From the NCBI GenBank assembly GCA_963666055.2, contig CAXWPH010000015.1, positions 96,001-160,000 of the forward strand: a DNA stretch of 64,000 bases, written 5' to 3'. The notes under the pieces were generated by a model, which saw only the letters and a program-made list of their open reading frames with translations, had not been told where the DNA came from and made no database searches. Below, one piece after another: positions 41,825 through 49,528 of the stretch (positions are counted from its first letter, which is position 1; the number at the start of each line of letters is the position of its first letter). Source of the DNA: Acidobacteriota bacterium. Its GTDB lineage: Bacteria; Acidobacteriota; UBA890; WLXD01. The position numbers and the translations under genes were made by a program.

Positions 41825-43099
41825 TCAGAAGCGAAACCCGAGGCCGAAATGCACACGCGTGTCGCCCTCGAGATTATTGGCGACATCGAGGTTCAACCGC
41901 ACCAGCGGCGCCACCAAGAAGACCCCGGCTCCGACACCGTTCTCGAACTGGGCGCGCGATATAGGCAGGCCATACGAGTATGCGGTGCCTATGTCCCAAA
42001 ACACCGTGAAGCCCAGCCGCGCGACGCTGAACGAAGTCGTAACCGGCACCCGCACCTCGACGCCTCCGAAGGCAGCAGTGTCGCCGCTGAGCGCGCCGGC
42101 CCGGTAGCCGCGTAACGACACCATGCCGCCAACATACGGCCGCTCATAGGCCGGCAACGGCGCATCGGTGGTGTGCAGAACGGCGCGCGCCGCTAGCACC
42201 GCTTGGCCGATCAACGTCTTGTAGGCTGCAAGCTCGAAGCGAAACCGGTTGGCGCCGGCGCCGGCGGCAGGGGCCAGGCGTTGCCACCCGGCGCTGGCGA
42301 CCACGGCATCGTACGGAAACGACACGTTGGGGCGAGTGTCGAAGCGCAGGCTCGCACCGTACGTCCACAGGCTCTCGCTCACGCCTCCGAAGTCGACGTC
42401 GGCGTGCTCGGCATCGAGTCGAAGTTGCACCGCATCGGTCAACCGGCGCTCGACGAACGCGGTGGCGTGAAGACGCGTGTCGTCGACGCGGGCATGCGGG
42501 TTCTCGAATCGTCGCACCCCCACCGAGGCACCGACTCGATAGCCACTGTCCCAGTCACGCGTCACCTCGATCGCCACCCGGTCGACACCGCCGTAGATCA
42601 CCGGAATGGAAATCAACTCTCCGCCACCAAGCAGGTTCTTTGCAGCAACGCGCCCGCCGACGCTGAGCTTCTCGTTCTCGTCGTATTGCAGCTCGGGCAT
42701 GACCAGCAGCTTGTCGCTCGCCGACGTCTTCTGGCGTACCGACAGAATCAGCAGCACGCGGTCAGTGGGCGTCAGCGATCGATAGCGAGCGAGCACCTCG
42801 ACGGCCCCAAAGCGGCCGCTGTCGAGCAACCGCTGCTTGATGGCAGCACGATCGGCGGCAGTGACCCGGTCGCCCACCACCACCCCGGCGATCCGCAGCA
42901 CTTCCTCGTCGGAGAGGGAGTAGTTTCCGTGTACTCGCACCTCGACCACCAGCTCGGACCGCGGCGGCGGCGATGCCTCCTGCGCCGACACCACGAGAGC
43001 GCCGCTAAGCGCGGCAGCCGAGGCGGCGATCAACGATACGAGCTGCTGCCCCGGATTGCGTCGCGGCGCGTTTCGGGTGCCGCGAGCAGCATCACTCAT
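41825..43099 (-). CDS. Short Omp85-superfamily protein (single POTRA domain plus barrel)
   Basis: VRVHGN...RLLDSGRF POTRA-like segment, lid motif GG..SLRGY, C-terminal VHFGLGFRF. Confidence 0.8.
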   Translation of the reverse strand: MSDAARGTRNAPRRNPGQQLVSLIAASAAALSGALVVSAQEASPPPRSELVVEVRVHGNYSLSDEEVLRIAGVVVGDRVTAADRAAIKQRLLDSGRFGAVEVLARYRSLTPTDRVLLILSVRQKTSASDKLLVMPELQYDENEKLSVGGRVAAKNLLGGGELISIPVIYGGVDRVAIEVTRDWDSGYRVGASVGVRRFENPHARVDDTRLHATAFVERRLTDAVQLRLDAEHADVDFGGVSESLWTYGASLRFDTRPNVSFPYDAVVASAGWQRLAPAAGAGANRFRFELAAYKTLIGQAVLAARAVLHTTDAPLPAYERPYVGGMVSLRGYRAGALSGDTAAFGGVEVRVPVTTSFSVARLGFTVFWDIGTAYSYGLPISRAQFENGVGAGVFLVAPLVRLNLDVANNLEGDTRVHFGLGFRF

Positions 43100-44054
43100 C
43101 CTGCTGTTCTAGGCCCGGAATGCGAAACCGAACTTTGGCGTCAACGTCGGTCTCGCGATAGTCGTGGTACTCGAGGGAATAGCGCACATCGTAGGAGCCG
43201 TTGGCGAACGTTACCTCACCCGACGCGCGGATCTCACGCGGTAGCCAGACGTCCTCGTCCGGGAAGGGCCTGTGCATGATCATCTCGGCGCCGATGTCGC
43301 CCACCTGCACCAGCCAGCGAAGCGGCATGAAGTCGAGGCCGATGTTGTCGTAGCCAATCTTGATGATCTGGTGCTCCTCGGGAAGCACCCACATCGTCAC
43401 CAACGAGGTCTTCTGGAACCGGTGTGCCCATTCGAGATCCTCGGGGTCCGACTCCTCGCCCTCATCAACCTCGTCGTCTTCGAAGAGCTTCTTGGGGTAG
43501 TACTCGATCTTGACGAGGTTCATACCCTCGAACTCTTCCCAGCCAGCAACGTAGTAGTTGCCCGGCTCAAACGGGAACCCGAGGAAGTAGTCGCGCTCGA
43601 GCGGCGGCTCATCGCCCGAGTCCGCCGCCTTGGCGGCGCGCTTCTGACGCTTTTCGGCGCGCTTCTGCTCGCGGTCGAGAGCACGCTTCAGCCAATCGCG
43701 CTCGAACTTTTCGCGCTCCGCATCGCTGACCGCGTGTCCGTCGATGCGATCAGGACTGCGGATCATGAAGCCATCTCGAACGTACCAGGTGTACTCGCCA
43801 CGGTAGCTGCCCAAGGCCACCGCCGCCGGACCGGTCACCTCGATGCTCTCGCGATCGCGAACCGTGTATCGATAGAGGTCCTCCCAGTTCGTCACTCGGC
43901 GATGCAGCACCTGCTGCATGAACGTATCGATGTCCTGCTCCTCCTGCCGCGGCGGAGACCCGGCCATGACCGCGGCGGGCGCCATCGCCGCTATCAACGC
44001 CATCACGGAGAGCACTGTGTTGGCTGTGTTACTGCGGTGGGTAGTCATACGCAT
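43092..44054 (-). CDS. Exported protein of unknown function
   Basis: 320-aa ORF with signal peptide and beta-rich C-terminus (WLPREI). Overlaps the Omp85 start. Confidence 0.7.
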   Translation of the reverse strand: MRMTTHRSNTANTVLSVMALIAAMAPAAVMAGSPPRQEEQDIDTFMQQVLHRRVTNWEDLYRYTVRDRESIEVTGPAAVALGSYRGEYTWYVRDGFMIRSPDRIDGHAVSDAEREKFERDWLKRALDREQKRAEKRQKRAAKAADSGDEPPLERDYFLGFPFEPGNYYVAGWEEFEGMNLVKIEYYPKKLFEDDEVDEGEESDPEDLEWAHRFQKTSLVTMWVLPEEHQIIKIGYDNIGLDFMPLRWLVQVGDIGAEMIMHRPFPDEDVWLPREIRASGEVTFANGSYDVRYSLEYHDYRETDVDAKVRFRIPGLEQQDE

Positions 44055-44094
44055 CTCCGCACGGGTTGCCCCGGCATTGGCCGAACGGGGAGCC

Positions 44095-44128
44095 CTGGCC
44101 GGCCGTGGTGGAAGTATGGCGGGCCTGG
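44095..44128 (+). repeat. Degenerate terminal repeat of the MITE-like family
   Basis: CTGGCCGGCCGTGGTGGAAGTATGGCGGGCCTGG. Confidence 0.6.
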
Positions 44129-44254
44129 TAACAAGAATACCAAGGCGCGGCCCGGCCCTGCTCGAGGATCGTCGGAGATGCTAATAATCCAGCATTGTGC
44201 TGGTTTTCTAGCATATACATCACCGTCGGACGAGCCGCTACCTCGACTCCGGCG

Positions 44255-44371
44255 GTGCGCAAGCAGGCGATCTGGGCGCTCGGGATGGTCATCGGCGGCG
44301 GCGACATCGACATCGACTACGCTGACCTGTCGGACCGGCTGCGCCGTGCGCTGCGCGATCGGCAGCGCTAG
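44255..44371 (+). pseudogene. 3' remnant of a HEAT-repeat-like protein gene
   Basis: Reads VRKQAIWALGMVIGGGDIDIDYADLSDRLRRALRDRQR* with GC-rich third codon positions. Ends on CTAGCAGGCCG. Confidence 0.5.
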
Positions 44372-44428
44372 CAGGCCGCCTCTCCCGAGTACGGCACCAC
44401 ATTGCCTCCGGGGTGCTATAACAAAGGG

Positions 44429-45088
44429 ATGGGCAACGACAGCGACAGCCAGGGGACGCACCGCATGCCCGACGTCCTGCCCGTCTTTCCTCTCGCGTCG
44501 GCGCTTCTGCTGCCCGGGTGCCGTCTACCGCTGCGTATCTTCGAGCCGCGATACGTGCAGATGGTCGAGGATGCTCTGGCCGGCGACCGACTCATCGGCA
44601 TGATCCAACCAGCCGGCTCCGGCACCGACGAGCACGAGCCGGATCTGCAGTCGGTGGGCTGCGCCGGACGGATCGCCTCGCTCAAGGAGGCGGAAGGCGG
44701 GCATTACCTGCTCAGCTTGGTGGGGATCTCGCGCTTCGAAGTAATTCGCGAGATCGCGTCGGATCGGCTCTACCGGCTCGTGGAGCCTCAATGGGAGCGC
44801 TTTACCTATGACATCGGCGCCGCTCGACCCGCGGAGATCGACCGCGAGGGCCTGGTGGCCAACCTGCGCACCTACTTCGAAACCTTCGGGTTGGATGCCA
44901 ACTGGCGCGCCATCGACGACAGCGGCGACGAGGAGCTAGTGAACTCCCTCGCCATGGTATGTCCCTTCGACAACGCCGAGAAACAGGCTTTGCTCGAAGC
45001 ACCGAATCTGGAGCACAGGAGCCGCCTGGTAATCGCCCTCATGAACATGGCAGTACTGCAGGGTAGCGACTCGAGCACCGTGCACTGA
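44429..45088 (+). CDS. LON peptidase substrate-binding (N-terminal) domain protein
   Basis: LPVFPL, LPLRIFEPRY, VGCAGRI, EKQALLEA. TG-C-TATAAC lies 6 nt before the ATG. Confidence 0.88.
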   Translation: MGNDSDSQGTHRMPDVLPVFPLASALLLPGCRLPLRIFEPRYVQMVEDALAGDRLIGMIQPAGSGTDEHEPDLQSVGCAGRIASLKEAEGGHYLLSLVGISRFEVIREIASDRLYRLVEPQWERFTYDIGAARPAEIDREGLVANLRTYFETFGLDANWRAIDDSGDEELVNSLAMVCPFDNAEKQALLEAPNLEHRSRLVIALMNMAVLQGSDSSTVH

Positions 45089-45618
45089 TGGGGTTGTTCG
45101 AGTGGGTCACCGGAGGCGCGCCGCGGCCACAGCCAGACGAGTCTGACGTCGAGACGGTACGCCGCATCGTGCGGGAGCTCGATGAGCTCGAGCCCGATCG
45201 GGCACGCTACGTGGCCTGCTTCGCCTACATCCTCGGCCGCGTAGCGCACGCCGATCTGGATATCAGCGAAGACGAGACGCGCGCCATGGAAGAGTTGATC
45301 TCCGAGCGCGCCGGACTGCCTGCCGACCAAGCGGTACTGGTCGCGTCGATGGCCAAGCAGCACAACGAGCTGTTCGGTGGCACGGAGAACTTCCTGGTGA
45401 CGCGCGAGTTCGAGCGCCAGGCCGACCGTGTTCAGAAGCTGGCGCTACTCGACTGTCTGTTTGCGGTGTCGGCTAGCGACGGCTCGGTGTCCGGAGATGA
45501 GAACGCGGAGGTCCGCAAGATTGCCTCCGAGCTCAAGCTCGACCACCGAGATTTCATCGCGGCGCGCTCGCGCTACCTCGAGCACCTCGAGGTGCTGAAG
45601 GACGAACCCACGCCCTAA
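45088..45618 (+). CDS. TerB-family protein
   Basis: VAHADLDISEDE and VSASDGSVSGDE acidic motifs. TGATG overlap with the upstream gene. Confidence 0.8.
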   Translation: MGLFEWVTGGAPRPQPDESDVETVRRIVRELDELEPDRARYVACFAYILGRVAHADLDISEDETRAMEELISERAGLPADQAVLVASMAKQHNELFGGTENFLVTREFERQADRVQKLALLDCLFAVSASDGSVSGDENAEVRKIASELKLDHRDFIAARSRYLEHLEVLKDEPTP

Positions 45619-45653
45619 CCCGACCACGCAAGCCCGCCACCACCGGGTTGACC

Positions 45654-47438
45654 ATGCAGCTCGCTCCTCTGGATCTGGCGATCGTCCTCGCCTTCCTGGC
45701 ACTCTCGCTGCTCATCGGCGCGGCAGTCGCCCGTCGCGCCGGCTCGAGCTCCGGTGAGTTCTTTCTGTCGGGCCGGAGCATGCCGTGGTGGCTGCTTGGC
45801 GTCTCGATGGTGGCCACAACGTTCTCCACCGACACCCCGAACCTGGTCACCGACATCGTGCGGACCAACGGGGTGGCCGGTAACTGGGTCTGGTGGGCGT
45901 TCCTGCTCACCGGCATGCTCACCACCTTCGTTTACGCGCGCCTGTGGCGACGCTCCGGAGTAGAAACCGACATCGAGTTCTACGAGATCCGCTACTCCGG
46001 CCGGGCTGCCGCCTTCCTGCGTGGCTTCAGAGCCATGTACCTAGGCGTGTTCTTCAACGTCATGATCATGGCCTCGGTAACGCTGGCGGCGATCAAGATC
46101 GGCGGCGTGATGCTGGGGCTCAGCCCCGAAAGCACGGTGCTGATCGCCGGCTCGGTGACGCTGCTTTACGCCATGATGGGCGGCCTGACCGGGGTGATAC
46201 TCACCGACTTCGTGCAGTTCGGAATGGCGCTCTTAGGATCCGTCGCCGCCGCTTGGTACGCGCTCCAGCGACCCGAGGTCGGCGGGCTCAGAGCGCTCCT
46301 GGCGCATCCTGAGGTGACGCCAAAGCTCGGCCTCATACCCGATTTCTCCGACTCCTCGCTGGTGGTGGGAATCTTCGTCGTGCCGTTGGCAGTGCAGTGG
46401 TGGGCCACCTGGTACCCGGGCGCTGAGCCGGGCGGCGGCGGCTACATCGCCCAGCGCATGCTGGCAGCCAAGAACGAGGCCCACGCGCAGGGGGCCACAC
46501 TGCTGTTTAACGTGGCCCACTACGCGCTACGTCCGTGGCCCTGGATCATCGTGGCGCTGGCATCGATCGTGGTGTTTCCCGACCTCGATTCGCTTCGTGC
46601 CGCCTTCCCGGATATCGATCCTCGGATCGTCCAGCACGACCTGGCGTACCCGGCGATGTTGACCTTCCTGCCAACCGGCCTGCTCGGCCTTGTCATCGCT
46701 TCGCTAGTGGCCGCATACATGTCGACGATCTCCACCCACCTCAACTGGGGAGCCTCGTACATCGTCAACGATTGGTACCGACGCTTCGTGCGGCCGAACG
46801 CGTCGGAACAGCGCCTGGTGCTGGTCGGCCGTCTGTCAACCGCGGCCTTGATGATCGCCGCGTGCGCCGTGTCGCTGCTGCTGTCCAACGCGCTGCAGGC
46901 GTTTCAGATCTTGTTGCAGATCGGCGCCGGCACCGGCCTGCTGTTCATCCTGCGATGGTTCTGGTGGCGAATCAGTGCCGCCAGCGAGATTGCCGCGATG
47001 ACGATCTCCTTCGCTGTCGCCGGCTGGTTCCAGTTTGCGCATGCGAGCGTCTTCGGTGCGGCGCCCGACCCACATCAGCAGCTGCTGGCCGGCGTTTCCA
47101 TCACCACCGTCGGATGGCTATTGGTAACCTTCCTGACCCCGGCCACCGATCAGGCGACGCTGCGCGCGTTCTATCGGCAGATCCGACCCGGCGGCCGCGG
47201 TTGGGCCGCCGTCGTCGAGCGCGCCGCCGCAGACGGCGAGCCACTGGAGACAGCAGATACCGCGGCGTCTTCGTTCCCGACGGCGCTCAGCTGCATGCTG
47301 TTGGGATCTGCGGCCGTCTACATGACGCTGTTCTCGATCGGTTACCTGCTCTACGGACGCACCGGCAGCGCACTTGTCCTCGCGCTTCTGGCCTTGGGCG
47401 CCACGGTCACAATCACGCGCCTTTGGCGCCGCCTATAG
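45654..47438 (+). CDS. Sodium:solute symporter family protein
   Basis: FFLSGRSMPWW, SMVATTFS, GGLTGVILTD, QRMLAAK, AAYMST. Confidence 0.92.
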   Translation: MQLAPLDLAIVLAFLALSLLIGAAVARRAGSSSGEFFLSGRSMPWWLLGVSMVATTFSTDTPNLVTDIVRTNGVAGNWVWWAFLLTGMLTTFVYARLWRRSGVETDIEFYEIRYSGRAAAFLRGFRAMYLGVFFNVMIMASVTLAAIKIGGVMLGLSPESTVLIAGSVTLLYAMMGGLTGVILTDFVQFGMALLGSVAAAWYALQRPEVGGLRALLAHPEVTPKLGLIPDFSDSSLVVGIFVVPLAVQWWATWYPGAEPGGGGYIAQRMLAAKNEAHAQGATLLFNVAHYALRPWPWIIVALASIVVFPDLDSLRAAFPDIDPRIVQHDLAYPAMLTFLPTGLLGLVIASLVAAYMSTISTHLNWGASYIVNDWYRRFVRPNASEQRLVLVGRLSTAALMIAACAVSLLLSNALQAFQILLQIGAGTGLLFILRWFWWRISAASEIAAMTISFAVAGWFQFAHASVFGAAPDPHQQLLAGVSITTVGWLLVTFLTPATDQATLRAFYRQIRPGGRGWAAVVERAAADGEPLETADTAASSFPTALSCMLLGSAAVYMTLFSIGYLLYGRTGSALVLALLALGATVTITRLWRRL

Positions 47439-47491
47439 AACCTCGTCACCCGGCCGAGACCGTAGGCTGGCGCCGGGCGCGCCACACGACG

Positions 47492-47770
47492 CGAGCAGGC
47501 CGTGGTGGAAGTGTGGGGGGCCTGGTTGCGGCGAGTTGGGGCCAGATGGAAGGCGGCCTGACACTGGCGATGCCCTAGCCATCGTCGAGGAAGGCCAACG
47601 CTGCAGATGGCCCCAAATCACCGTAACCCTTCGGGCGACAGGGGGTTGCGCGCGTATCCTGCGTCGTTCCTCGTCAACGATGGGGTAACCATCGCCTCCT
47701 CCTCTCTCCTTGCCTCCACCTCGCAAGACCCTGTCGCCAGGCCCGTCACGCTTCCACCACGGCCTGCTAG
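47492..47770. mobile_element. MITE-like non-autonomous element, copy A (279 bp)
   Basis: Terminal inverted repeats CGAGCAGGCCGTGGTGGAAGTG / CGCTTCCACCACGGCCTGCTAG. Segment 47621-47770 is the near-identical reverse complement of 59476-59625. Confidence 0.8.
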
Positions 47771-47957
47771 ACAGCCTTGCGTCCCGGCGTTAAGGTCTGA
47801 ACATCTCGACCCGTTCCGACTCACGGGGTCTCGCTAATGAGAACGCGCGCAGACCGAGCTCAGCCAACGACCGTAACGCCGGCGAACTAGTCGCCCGCGC
47901 TCTTCACACGGTCTGGTCGCGCCCGCTTCTCTACTCCCTCCTCGCCGGAGACTTCCC

Positions 47958-49349
47958 GTGAGCACTGCATCTACCTTCTGGCACGACTTCAAGGACGCCA
48001 TTCGCGGCACCCAACAGGACTACACCGAGGGCCCGGTCGGGCGTGCCGTGCTGCTCCTCGCCGTGCCGATGGTCCTGGAAACAGCGATGGAGTCGCTGTT
48101 CGCTGTCGTCGACGTCTTCTTCGTTTCCAAGCTGGGCCCCTCGGCGGTCGCCACGGTGGCGCTGACCGAGTCGATGATGACGCTGGTCTTCACCGTCGGC
48201 CTGGGCCTGTCGATCGGGGTTACCGCCCTGGTCGCCCGCCGCATCGGCGAGCATGACCCCGACGCCGCAGCGCGGACAACGGTGCAGGCAATCGGGCTGG
48301 GCGTGGCGATCGCAGCGCTGATCGCCGTCGTCGGCGCAACCACGGCACCGCAGCTGCTCGCCCTCATGGGCGCCTCTGACGAGGTGATCGCCAACAGCAG
48401 CTACACTCGCGTGCTGCTCGGCGGCAACGCCACGGTGCTGCTTCTGTTCCTGATCAACGCCGCCTTCCGCGGCGCCGGCGACGCCGCGGTGGCGATGCGC
48501 GTGCTGTGGCTGGCCAACGGCATCAACATCTTTCTCGATCCGATGTTCATCTTCGGCATCGGGCCGTTCCCGGAGCTCGGAGTACTCGGCGCCGCCGTCG
48601 CTACCAACATCGGACGCGGTACGGCGGTGTTGGCTCAGCTGTGGCTGCTCAGTCGAGCCACCGGCAGACTGCACATCCGTCGCGAGCATCTCCAGGTGCT
48701 GCCAGAGCTGATGTGGAAGCTGGTCCGACTCTCCGGGGCGGGGATGTTCCAGGTGTTCATCAGCATGGCTAGCTGGGTGGGTCTCATTCGCATCCTCGCC
48801 GGCTTCGGCGACCAGGTGCTTGCCGGTTATGCGATCGGTATCCGGCTAATACTGTTCGCGCTGTTGCCGAGCTGGGGAATGAGCAATGCCGCGGCCACCA
48901 TGGTGGGGCAAAGTCTGGGGGCCGGGAAGCCCGAGCGAGCCGAGAAGTCTGTCTGGATTGCCGGTTTCTACAATGTGATCTTCCTGGGCGCGATCGGCGC
49001 ACTGTTCATCGTCTTCGCCCCATTTATCGTCAGCGTGTTCACCACCCTCCCTGAGCCGCACCGCTGGGCCGTGCTGTGCCTGCGGATCGTTTCCTCCGGT
49101 TTCCTGTTTTACGCCTATGGGATGGTGCTCGAGAACGCCTTCAATGGCGCCGGAGATCCGTGGACGCCGACCTGGATCAACCTGTTTTGCTTCTGGATAT
49201 TCGAGCTGCCGTTCGCGTGGTTCGCCGCGTACGTGCTCGACTGGGGTCCGAATGGCGTTTTCATCGCTATGACGGTGTCGTTCTCGGTCCTGGCACTAGT
49301 GACCGGGTATTACTTCCGCAAGGGCACCTGGAAGCTCAAGCGCGTGTAG
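47958..49349 (+). CDS. MATE family efflux transporter
   Basis: LAVPM, VDVFFVSKLG, FRGAGD, NIFLDP..IFG, GAAVAT, GQSLGAG. About 12 TM helices. Confidence 0.93.
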   Translation: MSTASTFWHDFKDAIRGTQQDYTEGPVGRAVLLLAVPMVLETAMESLFAVVDVFFVSKLGPSAVATVALTESMMTLVFTVGLGLSIGVTALVARRIGEHDPDAAARTTVQAIGLGVAIAALIAVVGATTAPQLLALMGASDEVIANSSYTRVLLGGNATVLLLFLINAAFRGAGDAAVAMRVLWLANGINIFLDPMFIFGIGPFPELGVLGAAVATNIGRGTAVLAQLWLLSRATGRLHIRREHLQVLPELMWKLVRLSGAGMFQVFISMASWVGLIRILAGFGDQVLAGYAIGIRLILFALLPSWGMSNAAATMVGQSLGAGKPERAEKSVWIAGFYNVIFLGAIGALFIVFAPFIVSVFTTLPEPHRWAVLCLRIVSSGFLFYAYGMVLENAFNGAGDPWTPTWINLFCFWIFELPFAWFAAYVLDWGPNGVFIAMTVSFSVLALVTGYYFRKGTWKLKRV

Positions 49350-49367
49350 CACCGAACATCCCCGCAC

Positions 49368-49433
49368 CCCTGGGGCCACCGTTTCGAGATCACCACCTAC
49401 GAGCCCGACCGGGTACGCGAGCTGCGCGCCTGA
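49368..49433 (+). pseudogene. 3' remnant of a VOC/glyoxalase-family gene
   Basis: Reads PWGHRFEITTYEPDRVRELRA*, resembling the DP-x-G-x-x-x-E terminal motif of VOC proteins. No start codon. Confidence 0.45.
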
Positions 49434-49451
49434 GACGCACGGCGCCGCCCA

Positions 49452-49490
49452 CAAGAAAGCCGGCCGATGACCAAGGCCACCGGCCGGCTT
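49452..49490 (-). terminator. Rho-independent terminator of the TonB-dependent receptor gene
   Basis: Stem AAGCCGGCCG/CGGCCGGCTT, running into a TTTCTT tract on the minus strand. Confidence 0.7.
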
Positions 49491-49528
49491 ACGGTTTCTT
49501 GCGCGGGCGAGCCCGCCTGGCGGCTAGC

